In this document: piece by piece, positions 10,398-20,364 of the stretch
Layout: every line of letters begins with the position of its first letter
Position numbering within the stretch: position 1 is the stretch's first letter
Source of the DNA: Candidatus Methanosuratincola verstraetei
GTDB taxonomy: Archaea; Thermoproteota; Methanomethylicia; Methanomethylicales; Methanomethylicaceae
Direction of reading: 5' to 3'
Length of the DNA: 64,000 nt
Assembly (NCBI GenBank): GCA_049570475.1
Contig: CP186953.1
Span: 544,001-608,000, forward strand
Program-made: the position numbers and the translations under genes
Notes under the pieces: model-generated
Seen by the model: only the letters and a program-made list of their open reading frames with translations
Database searches by the model: none
Told to the model about the DNA's origin: nothing

Positions 10398-11378
10398 TCA
10401 CTTCTTCCGCATTATCGAATATTCGACGAGCTGAGTCAATGACTTCTTTGGCTCTGAGTCAGGCAGTGTGGAAATTGCCTTCTTTGCCTCCTCCACATAC
10501 GCCAAGGCTTTCCTGCGGACATAGCCCAAGACGCCATCTTCCTCAAGCGAGGAAATCAGGGCCGCGAGTTGCTCCTTGGTCGCATCCTTGCTCCCGAGGA
10601 GGGACTTTATCATCTCCCTAGAGCGGGTCTGCATCCCCCTGATCACGATCAGCGTCTTTTTGCCCTCTCTCAGATCATTCCCAACCGGCTTGCCAAGCGC
10701 CTCCTCGTTCGAAGTGATCCCTAGGTAGTCGTCGAATATCTGGAAAGCCATGCCGAGGTTCCAGCCGTATGCCCCGAGCTTCTTGATGCTATCCTCGCTG
10801 CCCCCTCCGGCGATCGCCCCTATCTCGGCACATGCCTGGAAGAGCGCAGCAGTCTTGCCTGAGATCATGTCCAAGTAATCGTTCTCTGTTATTTCGTCCT
10901 TCTCCTCGAAAGACATGTCCTGGAACTGGCCTATAGAGAGGCTTACTGTGGCGTCAGCGAGCACAGCGGCTGCAGCCCTTGCCCTTCTGTCGTCGAGCGC
11001 GCTCCTCAGGATCGCTTGGAAGGCCTCCGCGAAGAGCAGATCCCCAGCGAGTATCGCAGTGGGGACCCCCCAGAGTACGTGGACAGTGGGGACTCCCCGC
11101 CGCATTGTGTCGTTGTCCATTATGTCATCATGCACTAGAGTGAAGTTGTGGAGAAGCTCGACCGCGGCAGCTGGAGCGATAGCAGAAACTCTCTCGCCGC
11201 CCACTGCCTCGCAGGACTTGACCACGAGGTAAGGGCGCATCCTCTTGCCGCCGTGTGACGGGAGGTGGTAAGCGGACTTGAACAGCGGATCTTTCCTGCC
11301 GAGCATCGACTCAATGAAGGCCCCAACTTCCCGGGACACCGATGCCATCTCTGCCTCAATCATTTTGTCCAACACCAA
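10398..11378 (-). CDS. idsA: Geranylgeranyl diphosphate synthase
   Basis: GGKRMRP, LVHDDIMD..RRG, FQIFDD, DLREGKKT. Confidence 0.93.
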   Translation of the reverse strand: MVLDKMIEAEMASVSREVGAFIESMLGRKDPLFKSAYHLPSHGGKRMRPYLVVKSCEAVGGERVSAIAPAAAVELLHNFTLVHDDIMDNDTMRRGVPTVHVLWGVPTAILAGDLLFAEAFQAILRSALDDRRARAAAAVLADATVSLSIGQFQDMSFEEKDEITENDYLDMISGKTAALFQACAEIGAIAGGGSEDSIKKLGAYGWNLGMAFQIFDDYLGITSNEEALGKPVGNDLREGKKTLIVIRGMQTRSREMIKSLLGSKDATKEQLAALISSLEEDGVLGYVRRKALAYVEEAKKAISTLPDSEPKKSLTQLVEYSIMRKK

Positions 11379-12438
11379 GACCTCTCTGAATAACCCAGTT
11401 TAAAAGCCCCCCGCTCAGAACGGTCGGGACTGATTTGAGCGACCTGATGTCTCGAGCGCCTGTCAGGAGGGCCGCTGCCTTAAGTTCGTGGATCATGCGC
11501 TCCAGCCTCGCTGCCACCTCGCGGTGACCCTTAAATGCAGGCACGAGGAGCTCCCTGGCGACTCCGGCAAGGTCAGCGCCCAGGGCTATTGACTTCGCGA
11601 TGTCCAGACCGTTCCTTATTCCCCCTGAGGCGATTATGGTTACAGGTTTTTTGAGCGATCGGATCTCGCATATGCTCATCGCGGTCGGGATGCCCCAGTC
11701 CCAGAAGGTTTCGGCAACCTCCGCCTTCGACCGCTCACCCTTGCTCTGCGCGTTGTAGTACTCGACCGCTGCCCAGCTGGTGCCACCTGCGCCCGAGACT
11801 TCGATCGCAGAGACGCCGGACTCCAAGAGCCTGCTTGCAACCTCCCTTGATATCCCGCAGCCGGTCTCCTTGGCTACAATAGGCACCCCCAGATCGCGCG
11901 CAAGATCGCCCACAGCACTTAAAACGCCGCGGTACCTGGTGTCGCCCAACGGCTGGACGAGCTCCTGGAGCGGGTTCAGGTGCACAGCGATGGCATCGGC
12001 ACAGATCATTGAGACGGCCCTCTTCGCTAGGGAGAGGCGCTCCGGGGAGAGGAGCTGGGCTGCCCCAATGTTTGCGATCACCAGCATCTCGCCGGAAGCC
12101 TCTCTTACCACACGGAACGTGTCTTCCTGCGATGGATCCTCAAGGGCCGCCCTCTGGCTGCCTACGCAGATCCCCAGCCCAAGCTCGGAGGCGGCCCTTG
12201 CGAGGCTCTCGTTGATCTTCTTCGTTGATGGGTGCCCGCCCGTCATTGCGGAGATTATAAGCGGCGCTGAGATACGCTTCCCGAGGAAGACCGTTGAGAG
12301 GTCGAGATCGGAAAGATCGAGTTCTGGCGTTGCGAGGTGGACCAGCTCGACGTCCTCCAGGTGCGTGGTCTTCCGCCTGGGCCCGACATCAATGTCCCTG
12401 CATATCTCGAGATGCTTCAGCTTCCTTTCTGAGATCAT
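11356..12438 (-). CDS. fni: Isopentenyl-diphosphate isomerase, type 2 (FMN)
   Basis: SAMTGG, VGSQR, HLNPLQE, KETGCG, GAGGTSW. Confidence 0.95.
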   Translation of the reverse strand: MISERKLKHLEICRDIDVGPRRKTTHLEDVELVHLATPELDLSDLDLSTVFLGKRISAPLIISAMTGGHPSTKKINESLARAASELGLGICVGSQRAALEDPSQEDTFRVVREASGEMLVIANIGAAQLLSPERLSLAKRAVSMICADAIAVHLNPLQELVQPLGDTRYRGVLSAVGDLARDLGVPIVAKETGCGISREVASRLLESGVSAIEVSGAGGTSWAAVEYYNAQSKGERSKAEVAETFWDWGIPTAMSICEIRSLKKPVTIIASGGIRNGLDIAKSIALGADLAGVARELLVPAFKGHREVAARLERMIHELKAAALLTGARDIRSLKSVPTVLSGGLLNWVIQRGLGVGQND

Positions 12439-12472
12439 ATCTTAACGCCTTTTGAGATCACTTCATTCTGCT

Positions 12473-13243
12473 TCAATCTATATATGTCCCTTCCACTTCT
12501 TCGCCACGAAGCAAGCTCGCGATGGCACCGGGGCGAGTCGCGTTGAAGATGAGGGCCCTATTCCCCCCTGATGATAGGTACTCGCCGACCTCGCCCAGCT
12601 TGCCCGCCATCCCGCCAGTCACATCATTAGCCCTAGCTTTGGTCGAGGCGATGATCTCTTTGAGCTTGCCGCGATCTATTCTCCTGAGGGGCTTTCCGTC
12701 TTCGAGGTACCCATCGACATCGGTCCCAAATGCCAATAGCCCCGCCGAGCTGGCAAGTGCCAGGATGCGCGCTATTGTGTCCCCCGACAGGATCCGACCA
12801 TGCCCCTGGCTCGAGAGGACGACGTCCCCGCCCAGTGACGGGAGGAGCCCCGCCGAAAGCGCCAGCTCAACCGGCTTTAGGGAGTATCCCAAACGCGGCT
12901 CCATGTCCGATTCTTCGAAGAAGCAGGCGGAGGGGTCGACAGCAAAGAAAGGCACCCCTTTCCCCAGGAACGACTCGGCAAGAAGGGATGTAAGGCGGTG
13001 CATTGCATGCCTTGTCTCAGCTATCCCTCTTGGATCCTTCAATCTGCCGCTCCCATCTATGTATTTCATTGCGGCACGATGCCCAAACGATCCACCGCCG
13101 TGGACTAGAAGGACGCGCACGCCTTTCCATGAGTGAGCGAACTCCTCTGCGATCCGGTCTATCACGTCGAGTTTAGGGGCATACGGGGTATCCTTTTGCG
13201 TGATCGCACTACCGCCCAGCTTGATCACCAAGTCAGCCTTCAA
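12473..13243 (-). CDS. ipk: Isopentenyl phosphate kinase
   Basis: IKLGGSAIT.K, HGGGSFGH, LSGD, DVTGGM..K. Confidence 0.9.
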   Translation of the reverse strand: MKADLVIKLGGSAITQKDTPYAPKLDVIDRIAEEFAHSWKGVRVLLVHGGGSFGHRAAMKYIDGSGRLKDPRGIAETRHAMHRLTSLLAESFLGKGVPFFAVDPSACFFEESDMEPRLGYSLKPVELALSAGLLPSLGGDVVLSSQGHGRILSGDTIARILALASSAGLLAFGTDVDGYLEDGKPLRRIDRGKLKEIIASTKARANDVTGGMAGKLGEVGEYLSSGGNRALIFNATRPGAIASLLRGEEVEGTYID

Positions 13244-14063
13244 TCTCGTTCACCCCTTCGTATGAGAAGCGCACCATCTGGAAATCGTCGGGCAGAACGC
13301 CCTCCGAGGGTATCGCCAAGTCCGCCACAAGCGCGGGGGAGACGATAACCTTGCTGCCAAGGGAAGGTATCCCCGAGATCCTTTGCAGGTCCGACAATGC
13401 GATCTGCCCGGTTGCGTACAGCAAGGAAGCCTCCAGGGAAAATGCCCTCCCCAGGGCAGCCAGGTCCCCCCTCTGGATAGCACCAATGCCCTCCAATACC
13501 AGGTGCGCCACGAGGTGCCACATCGAATCAGAGAGCGCCGGGAACTCCTTTGAGAATTTCGACACTGGGGTTTCATCGATGCGCCTCCCAGGGAGGATCC
13601 TCAGGCAGATGGGGCCAGAAGTGGTCGAGTCGATTGAGAGGAAGCCTTCGCCCTGCCTGCTTGCGACGACCCCGCCCGAAAGGGAGGTTAGAGCCCTCGC
13701 CGCGGTCACGAAGTCCCATGAGCCTGCCCTCTTCAGGAGCTGCGGCAAACTCTCCTCAATTGCGCCGCACTCGGTCAGGTAGAGCAGGGCCGCCGCGTTC
13801 ACGAAATCCTGGTCAGACCCGCCTTCATGCGGCCCGGATACGGAGTAATAGCCGTCCAGACCCTGGGAAGCCAAGAACTTTGAGAGTATTTTTTTAAGAT
13901 ATGGAGAGCTTATCGGGATCGAAAGTTTCGGGGATTCGGACTTCTTGACGGTCACTCGCCAAGAGAAGCCCAGGGCAGCAGTCAGCAGGGGGGTGCCAGC
14001 CTCGACAAATGCCTCCCCAAGTAGCGGGACTGTGAAAGGGATGTCAAGCCTGATCGCGTCCAT
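13233..14063 (-). CDS. Mevalonate-kinase-like GHMP protein, catalytic motifs degenerate
   Basis: Occupies the mvk position (MEMO1-mvk-ipk-fni); residual similarity (PLLGE, SGG, GDL..LG, LGSK) but no PxGxGLGSSAA or GAGGGG. Confidence 0.6.
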   Translation of the reverse strand: MDAIRLDIPFTVPLLGEAFVEAGTPLLTAALGFSWRVTVKKSESPKLSIPISSPYLKKILSKFLASQGLDGYYSVSGPHEGGSDQDFVNAAALLYLTECGAIEESLPQLLKRAGSWDFVTAARALTSLSGGVVASRQGEGFLSIDSTTSGPICLRILPGRRIDETPVSKFSKEFPALSDSMWHLVAHLVLEGIGAIQRGDLAALGRAFSLEASLLYATGQIALSDLQRISGIPSLGSKVIVSPALVADLAIPSEGVLPDDFQMVRFSYEGVNEIEG

Positions 14064-14136
14064 AATAGACCTAGCCGCCCGACCAGATTAAGGCTTTCGC
14101 CCGAATTTTTGAACGGACTGATCCGAGTTGATCGCC

Positions 14137-14985
14137 TTAATCGAACTCGATTGAGAATGACCCGTACCCGACGACATCTCCCTTTGGTCCCGAGGTGTCA
14201 CCCGAGGTCGCGTAGCAGAGCTTTCTGCAGCGGCCTGCACCGAGTGCAAGTGAAGCGACCATTACAGCCATCACTGGACCAGAGCCGCACATTGTGATCT
14301 CCTCCTTCCTGACGACCTCCTCCACGCCTTTGGGGTTCATCGCTAGGATCTCCTCAATCACTACCGCATCACGATCGTATGCGGATTTGTAAGGCACATA
14401 GTGCGAGAAGTCTGTGCTAGCAACGAGTAGGGCTGATCTCCCCTTGACGGCAGCGGCAACCGCCTCCCCCAGCTCCCTCGAGGTCTCGAAGTCCTGGAGC
14501 ATCATGCAGATCGGCACAATCCTGAAGGAGGATCCGAAGACGTACTGGAGGAACGGGATCTGGACTTCGACAGAGTGTTCGTATTCGTGAGCCTCTGAGT
14601 CAGGCTCTGCTGCCCCTGATCTCGTTATCAATCGCGAGACCTCTTGGTCGACCTTGACTCGCCCCAGCGGGGTCAGCCAATCGCCACCTTCCCAGACTGA
14701 GACCGCTGCGCCCATGCCAGTGTGGTTAGGCCCGATGAGGACGACCGTCTCGGGCGATGGTTCTTTCGAAACCTCATAGAAGCCGTGGGCGGCGACAGGA
14801 CCTGAATAGATGTAGCCGGCATGGGGCGAGATGATCGCGCAGATCTTCCTTTCGGCAGATGAGGGTGTTGACGGCAGTTTACCGGGACCAACTTTGTGCA
14901 GGAAGCACCATTTTATACGCGATTCAAGGGCAGCAGGGTCAGCTTCATAAAAAGAGCCGGAGACTGAGGGGACCCTATCCCTCAA
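14137..14985 (-). CDS. MEMO1/AmmeMemoRadiSam protein B
   Basis: [42 protein letters not shown]. Confidence 0.92.
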   Translation of the reverse strand: MRDRVPSVSGSFYEADPAALESRIKWCFLHKVGPGKLPSTPSSAERKICAIISPHAGYIYSGPVAAHGFYEVSKEPSPETVVLIGPNHTGMGAAVSVWEGGDWLTPLGRVKVDQEVSRLITRSGAAEPDSEAHEYEHSVEVQIPFLQYVFGSSFRIVPICMMLQDFETSRELGEAVAAAVKGRSALLVASTDFSHYVPYKSAYDRDAVVIEEILAMNPKGVEEVVRKEEITMCGSGPVMAVMVASLALGAGRCRKLCYATSGDTSGPKGDVVGYGSFSIEFD

Positions 14986-15631
14986 GACTGTAGTCTCCCC
15001 CATACTCCTCCTCTGCGACGAGGACCTTCGACTCGAAGTCGTCGATTGTCGCAGGGAGGTCTTCGGTCTGACCCAGAGCGCCCCTCTCACGGAGCACCTG
15101 CCTGGTCAGAAGCCAGTATGCAAGGGCTATGGATTTCCTACCCTTGTTGTTGATCGGAATTACGAGGTCCATCAGCTGTGCGCGGTTGTCGGTGTCACAG
15201 AGGCCGACCACAGGTACGCCAACCTCTGCAGCCTCGACCATGGCCTGCCAGTCAGCTCTGGGGTCAGTCACGACGAGCAGCTTCGGCTCGCAGTAATTGG
15301 ATAGCTTTGGATTTGTGAATGTGCCAGGTATGAACCTACCGGTCAGGCTCTTCCCCCCAATCATGGATGAGAATTTCTCAACCGGCTTGAACCCATATTG
15401 CCTAGCCGAAGTTGCGTAGACAGTTTCGGGCGCGAACTTTGCTATGAACTTTGATGCAACCCGGATACGTTCATCCGTCTTCCTTACATCCAAGACATAC
15501 AGGCCGTCGGGTCTGACGCGATATATGAAGGGGCGCATATCGTTTGTCTTTACATGAGTGCCGATATGTATCCCAGCCGCAAGGTAAACTTCGAGCGGCA
15601 ACAGCAGGTCAGCAGCTTCAATAGTCGCCAT
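14975..15631 (-). CDS. rps2: Ribosomal protein S2
   Basis: [31 protein letters not shown]. Confidence 0.96.
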   Translation of the reverse strand: MATIEAADLLLPLEVYLAAGIHIGTHVKTNDMRPFIYRVRPDGLYVLDVRKTDERIRVASKFIAKFAPETVYATSARQYGFKPVEKFSSMIGGKSLTGRFIPGTFTNPKLSNYCEPKLLVVTDPRADWQAMVEAAEVGVPVVGLCDTDNRAQLMDLVIPINNKGRKSIALAYWLLTRQVLRERGALGQTEDLPATIDDFESKVLVAEEEYGGDYSLEG

Positions 15632-15677
15632 GCAATTACTCCCCAATGGTGCAAATCTGTGAAAACGATAAGAGCTT

Positions 15678-15893
15678 TTATATTTTTCCTTCCCTGTCCC
15701 TAACCGAGAACTTTAAGGATTCGCCGACGAGGTCGACATGCGAGAGGAAGATGCGCCTACAGCAGTACCTCTCGATCCCCAGGGAGTCCAAGACCTTGGC
15801 AGGGTTCTCGCCCTTACCCACCCTTTCATTGAACGCCTCCCATTTATCGGCAATTACCTTTCCGCAGGTGAAGCACCGGACAGGGATGATCAT
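15678..15893 (-). CDS. rpoN: RNA polymerase subunit N (Rpo10)
   Basis: [12 protein letters not shown]...RYCCRR. Confidence 0.97.
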   Translation of the reverse strand: MIIPVRCFTCGKVIADKWEAFNERVGKGENPAKVLDSLGIERYCCRRIFLSHVDLVGESLKFSVRDREGKI

Positions 15894-15902
15894 GCAGACA
15901 CC

Positions 15903-16307
15903 TCATCTGTAAGACTTCTGCTTCCTTCTCCTGGCACTGTAGCCGCCGAACTTCTTCGGCTCCGTCCTTCTAGGATCCTCTACCAGCATCCTCCTGTCGT
16001 ATGCCATAAGCTTGCCCTTGAGAGAGTCCCCGAATATCTCAGCCAAGGAGTTTGCTATTACGACCCTGGCCGCTTCCGCCTGGCCCATCACACCGCCGCC
16101 CTCTACCTTGATGTCGATGTCGATCGCATTGGCGTACTCTGCTCCGGCGACGAGGAGGGGCTCTATGACCTTCATCCTCACCAGCTCTGGCTTTACTATT
16201 TCGATCGGGGTACCGTTTATGTAGATCTTTCCGGTCCCCTTGGTGGCGACTGCCCTTGCGACGGCAGTCTTCCTTTTTCCGCTAACAACGACTACTTTCT
16301 CGCTCAT
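15903..16307 (-). CDS. rps9: Ribosomal protein S9
   Basis: [32 protein letters not shown]. Confidence 0.96.
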   Translation of the reverse strand: MSEKVVVVSGKRKTAVARAVATKGTGKIYINGTPIEIVKPELVRMKVIEPLLVAGAEYANAIDIDIKVEGGGVMGQAEAARVVIANSLAEIFGDSLKGKLMAYDRRMLVEDPRRTEPKKFGGYSARRRKQKSYR

Positions 16308-16741
16308 TGCACAGACCATCCTAGACTCCTTGATACCTCGCCAAGCTCCATATAAGGACCCCGCAGGTTCTTTACGTGTGCATCTTCAATCGTCTGGAAC
16401 TGGGCGTTAGCGAACTCTACCGGGGTTCCGATGAAGACCTTCAGCCGCTTCAGTGCCGCCTTCCCCGAAGGGGTCTTCGGCAGCATGTTCTTGACGGCGC
16501 TGTGGAACAGGCGATCCGGGGAACGGTGCTGCTTCATACCAACATCCTCCGGGTTCTTGAGCGTCCTTATGGCCATCCACCGTTCGTACTTGCTCATCAC
16601 AGAGTCCCGGTCCCCGGAGACCGCCATTCTGTCAACATTTACCACAACTACCTTTTCCCCTGACATCAGATGCTTGGCTATCTTCGATGCAGCCCTCCCG
16701 AGCCGCAGCCCACTACCGTCGATGTAAATGACCTCTGGCAA
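16304..16741 (-). CDS. rpl13: Ribosomal protein L13
   Basis: LGRAAS.IAK, VKNMLP...[10 protein letters not shown]. Confidence 0.94.
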   Translation of the reverse strand: MPEVIYIDGSGLRLGRAASKIAKHLMSGEKVVVVNVDRMAVSGDRDSVMSKYERWMAIRTLKNPEDVGMKQHRSPDRLFHSAVKNMLPKTPSGKAALKRLKVFIGTPVEFANAQFQTIEDAHVKNLRGPYMELGEVSRSLGWSVQ

Positions 16742-16747
16742 TCCATG

Positions 16748-17110
16748 TCACCTCAGTATCTTGACCCCGCGTCCCCTCGGGTTGAGATTCAAAAGCACCT
16801 CGAGCGATATCGCCCTGCCTCCGGCACTCGTTATCTTCTCCCTTGCCGAAGGGCTGAAAGAGAGGGCGGCTACGTCGACTTTCTTGGTGATGTTTCCAAA
16901 GCCAAGCACCTTCCCAGGGACGGCAATGAACTCCCCTTCCTTGGCGAATTTATCTATCTTGCTTACATTTACAGAAATCTTCTTCCTGGTCGGGACCGAG
17001 AGTAGCTCGGACAGATCCCTCCAGACTCCTACATTAGTTGACCTTGAAGCGCGTCTGAGCAGTCTTATCAAACGCCTAGTCTTGGGGTTTGTTGGTAATG
17101 TTCGCTTCAT
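16748..17110 (-). CDS. rpl18e: Ribosomal protein L18e
   Basis: TNP, VNVSKI, VPGKVLG, FS.SAREKI..AGG. Confidence 0.94.
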   Translation of the reverse strand: MKRTLPTNPKTRRLIRLLRRASRSTNVGVWRDLSELLSVPTRKKISVNVSKIDKFAKEGEFIAVPGKVLGFGNITKKVDVAALSFSPSAREKITSAGGRAISLEVLLNLNPRGRGVKILR

Positions 17111-17917
17111 TTAAGATGCCTCCTTTGCATTTTCAAGCGCGATCCTAATCGACTCAAATTTATCCTTCAGTACTTCGCATGCAGCAAAAATGAGCTCTTG
17201 CGGGGATAGCGATCCCTCGCTTTCGAGCATCAGCATCGCATTCGCAGGGTTATACGACACGGAAATCGCCCCGTTGGGGCACGCCTCGACGCACTCCTTG
17301 CAGAGAGTGCAGTCCCAGACGGAGATGACCTTCAATTTGTTCCCCTCTATTGCGAGTATCTTCTTAGGGCAGGCCTGGACGCATTTTGCTGAAAGTGAGC
17401 ATTTCTCTGTGTCAATCTCAATAATCGGCTCGTATTTGACGACCGCACCCGAAACAGGCTGCCACTTGGCGTGCTCTCTCCCGGATCCGAGCCGCGCGTG
17501 AGCCTCCAAGGCGATCCTCTGGCCCTTGTTCAGAACGGCGATTGGGATGTCGTTGTTAGCAACAAAAACTGAGCCCTCGGGCTTGAGCCTGCCAGAGTAA
17601 ACAGTATAAGCGTCTTCAGGAGCCTCGACTTCAAGAGTTAGTATCGCCTCGCAGCGAGGGCACCCCTTGCCACCGCATTCGCAGTTGGAGGGGTGAACCA
17701 GACCTTCACCGCCCTTCAGCGGGATCAGCCCAATCCTGTGGGCGATTATCTCGTCATAAAGGACACCCGAGTTCTCGGCTATGAACACTTTGTCGACGGC
17801 CGGGACGGCTACATCTGCCATCACTGTCCTCCTGATGGCATTTATGAATGAGGGATCCACGCCCCTTGCGATGATCGTGAACCTCGCGCCGCGATTGCCG
17901 AGAACTTCAACGTCCAT
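17111..17917 (-). CDS. rpoD: RNA polymerase subunit D (Rpo3) with ferredoxin-like domain
   Basis: NAIRR, DEIIAHRIGLIP, GREHAKW; CSLSAKCVQACP and CTLCKECVEACP. Confidence 0.95.
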   Translation of the reverse strand: MDVEVLGNRGARFTIIARGVDPSFINAIRRTVMADVAVPAVDKVFIAENSGVLYDEIIAHRIGLIPLKGGEGLVHPSNCECGGKGCPRCEAILTLEVEAPEDAYTVYSGRLKPEGSVFVANNDIPIAVLNKGQRIALEAHARLGSGREHAKWQPVSGAVVKYEPIIEIDTEKCSLSAKCVQACPKKILAIEGNKLKVISVWDCTLCKECVEACPNGAISVSYNPANAMLMLESEGSLSPQELIFAACEVLKDKFESIRIALENAKEAS

Positions 17918-17964
17918 GCACATTGACCTCCAACACGGTTTTTGAAGTGAAAGAATAAAGAAGG

Positions 17965-17977
17965 TATTTAAGCCTTC
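17965..17977 (-). promoter_or_regulatory. BRE/TATA internal promoter upstream of rpoD
   Basis: GAAGGC-TTAAATA on minus strand ~48 nt before the start. Confidence 0.55.
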
Positions 17978-17980
17978 GTT

Positions 17981-18382
17981 TTAGACTCTCCTTCCCCTCC
18001 TTCCACCTGGCCTCCTTGTCGTGTCATGTGGTATCGGGGTCACGTCCTCTATCCTTCCGATCATCAGACCGGCCCTTGCCAAGGCCCTGATGGCCGCCTG
18101 GGCACCGGGTCCCGGGGTCTTGCTCTTGTGCCCGCCTGGAGCCCTCACCTTGATGTGGATGCCGCTTATCCCCTTCTCGAGGGCCTCTTGTGCAGCCCTT
18201 GTCGCAGCCACCATAGCAGCATATGGAGAGGGCTTCTCTCGGTCAGCCTTGACGATCCTGCCGCCCGACTGGAATGCTACGGTCTCGGCACCCGTGAGGT
18301 CGGTGATGTGCACAATAGTATTGTTGTAGGAGCTGTATATGTTAGCTACTCCCCACTTCATGCCTTTGTCCATCCTTGACAT
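17981..18382 (-). CDS. rps11: Ribosomal protein S11
   Basis: [36 protein letters not shown]. Confidence 0.97.
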   Translation of the reverse strand: MSRMDKGMKWGVANIYSSYNNTIVHITDLTGAETVAFQSGGRIVKADREKPSPYAAMVAATRAAQEALEKGISGIHIKVRAPGGHKSKTPGPGAQAAIRALARAGLMIGRIEDVTPIPHDTTRRPGGRRGRRV

Positions 18383-18384
18383 GC

Positions 18385-18894
18385 CTAAGCCTCCTGTTGA
18401 GCTGCCTCGGGTGAGGCTAGCTTGATATCGCAAGTTATCTTCGGCTCTTCATCCCTCTTTACCATATAACCAGGCGACGTCACCCTGCGCCCATCAAGGA
18501 GCACATGCCCGTGCACTATAAGCTGCCTTGACTGGTACGGAGTCGCTGCGAATCCGAGCTTCATGACCACGCTCTGGAGCCTCCTGTCCAATATGTTCTC
18601 CACGCTGAGGCCCAGGACGTTGTCGAGGACAGCCTCCTCGCTCAGAAGACCGAGGCTAGAGAGGCGCTGAATTAGTTTCTTCTCCTCAGCCGCTCTGACC
18701 TCAGGGTCTTCGATGGCAAGGATCTCGCTGGCTCTCTCCCTAAAAGACTTGAGATTGGTCGCGGCTGTCCAGAGCTCCCTCTTGTTCCTCAGGCCATACT
18801 TTCCCAGGAGCGCGAGCTCTGAGACTAGGCTCTCCTTCCTCCAAGGATGCCTCGGGCCTTGCCATTTCCTCCTGCTTTTCTTTGGATCACCCAT
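18385..18894 (-). CDS. rps4: Ribosomal protein S4
   Basis: [28 protein letters not shown]. Confidence 0.96.
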   Translation of the reverse strand: MGDPKKSRRKWQGPRHPWRKESLVSELALLGKYGLRNKRELWTAATNLKSFRERASEILAIEDPEVRAAEEKKLIQRLSSLGLLSEEAVLDNVLGLSVENILDRRLQSVVMKLGFAATPYQSRQLIVHGHVLLDGRRVTSPGYMVKRDEEPKITCDIKLASPEAAQQEA

Positions 18895-18904
18895 TTCAGA
18901 TCAC

Positions 18905-19399
18905 CTACTGCTTGGCCTCCTGTGAAGCGCCTCCTGCAGCTGCAGTTGCAGCTTTCCTAGCTACACCTACAGATGGACCAAACCTTCCAGTGGTCCTTGT
19001 GCACTGACCGCGGACCTTCAGTCCCAGGGAGTGCCTGACGCCCTTCCAGCTCCTTATCTTCTTCATCAGGTCTATGTCTGACTTCATGCCAACTACCAAG
19101 TCCGATCCCAGCAGGTGCTGGTCCTGACCAGTGAAGGGATCCTTCCTCCTGTTCAGCATGTAACTCGGGAACTTGGATGAGATGCCCGAAAGGGCCTCCT
19201 CTAGCCGCTTAATGTCACTGTCCTGGAGGTAGCCTACGCGGGCCTCGGGATCGACCCCGCAGCTCCGAGTGAGTGCGTATGCCATATTGATTCCGATACC
19301 CCTTATTCTGCTAAGGGAGTAGGCTACTTTCTCCTCCCCCTTCAGGTCGGTATCGATCAGCCTAACTATGTGTCTGTATGAGGAACTCAATAGACGCAT
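18905..19399 (-). CDS. rps13: Ribosomal protein S13
   Basis: IRGIG, LNRRKD..TG, WKGVRH.LGLKVRGQ.TRTTGR. Confidence 0.96.
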   Translation of the reverse strand: MRLLSSSYRHIVRLIDTDLKGEEKVAYSLSRIRGIGINMAYALTRSCGVDPEARVGYLQDSDIKRLEEALSGISSKFPSYMLNRRKDPFTGQDQHLLGSDLVVGMKSDIDLMKKIRSWKGVRHSLGLKVRGQCTRTTGRFGPSVGVARKAATAAAGGASQEAKQ

Positions 19400-19545
19400 C
19401 CCCTTCTTAAAGGCAAATAAAGAATAATATGAAAGTATTTAACTCTAACGCCTCGCAGGCACGGTGGCACCGCGCATAGGCCGAAGCGAACCCCCCTCCA
19501 GAGGATGAAAGTTTTTTCAAGTGGCGGGAAAAATGATGGAGGCGA

Positions 19546-19671
19546 TGGCGCCGAGGGGGGGATTTGAACCCCCGAGACCCTTACGAGTCACAAGCTCTCA
19601 GGAAGAGCCCTAGCCTTCTCCAGGCATGAGCCCTCATGGGATTGCTCCCTACCAGGCTAGGATACCTCGGC
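19546..19671 (-). tRNA. tRNA-Ser(GGA) with two introns (29/30: 19626-19641; 37/38: 19597-19617)
   Basis: Acceptor GCCGAGG/CCTCGGC, G73, encoded CCA, long variable arm, TTCAAAT; removing both introns gives CAAGC-CTGGAGA-GCTTG. Confidence 0.85.
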
Positions 19672-19724
19672 TTGTACCTCCCTAACAAATGGAGGCGGAT
19701 ATTTTTTTGCTTTTTCCTCGCCTG

Positions 19725-20363
19725 TCAATCGTGCTGATCCCTGATTTTAGCATTGCCTGGAGCGTTCTTGAAGGATCTGAAGACCCTGTAGCCGCTCTTT
19801 TTTGAGACGGTCGTTACATTTTGGAAAACATCTTCCATCTTCCTTGGGATCGCGTTTACCCCTTTGCGGAGCACTATCTGCAAGAAGCCCCCTTCGCGAA
19901 GGTGACCGAAAGCCCCCTCAATCATCGGAAAGATCGTCTTGTAGCCTGCAGCCAAGGGCGGGTTCGAGACGATTGCGTCGAAGGACCGACCACCCAGCAG
20001 CGAGTACAAGTCGCTGTGCAGGACTTCAGCGTTCTTGACATCATTTCTCTCGATGTTCTCCCTGACCAGCTTCACGGCCGCGGGATTGACATCGACCATC
20101 GTGACTTTAATCGCAGGGTAAAGCTTTGCAATGGCGATCCCTATCGCGCCGTAACCGCACCCCATGTCCAACACTTCGCCTGAATCGGGCAGCTCCAGGC
20201 TGTCTATGAGCACGATGGTACCCAAGTCGACCTTGTCCTTTGAGAAGACCCCGCTCGAGCTGGCGAACTCAAGGAACTGACCCCTGATATTCAGTTTAAT
20301 TAAAAAACGCCTTTTTGGCTGCGCAGGCTTAGTGTCATAGTAGTGGCTAGCGCGCTGGTCCAT
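19725..20363 (-). CDS. RsmC-like class I SAM methyltransferase
   Basis: GVFSKDKVD.GT, LDMGCGYG, SNPP. Confidence 0.88.
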   Translation of the reverse strand: MDQRASHYYDTKPAQPKRRFLIKLNIRGQFLEFASSSGVFSKDKVDLGTIVLIDSLELPDSGEVLDMGCGYGAIGIAIAKLYPAIKVTMVDVNPAAVKLVRENIERNDVKNAEVLHSDLYSLLGGRSFDAIVSNPPLAAGYKTIFPMIEGAFGHLREGGFLQIVLRKGVNAIPRKMEDVFQNVTTVSKKSGYRVFRSFKNAPGNAKIRDQHD

Positions 20364-20364
20364 A

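Noticed and set aside
18995-19010. S13 RGQCT instead of RGQRT
   Set aside because: Single substitution at a position that varies (His in eukaryotes); no further support
19597-19625. Alternative splicing of the first tRNA-Ser to give anticodon TGA
   Set aside because: A 33/34 excision would give CT-TGA-GA but has no BHB geometry, and Ser(TGA) is encoded at 44848
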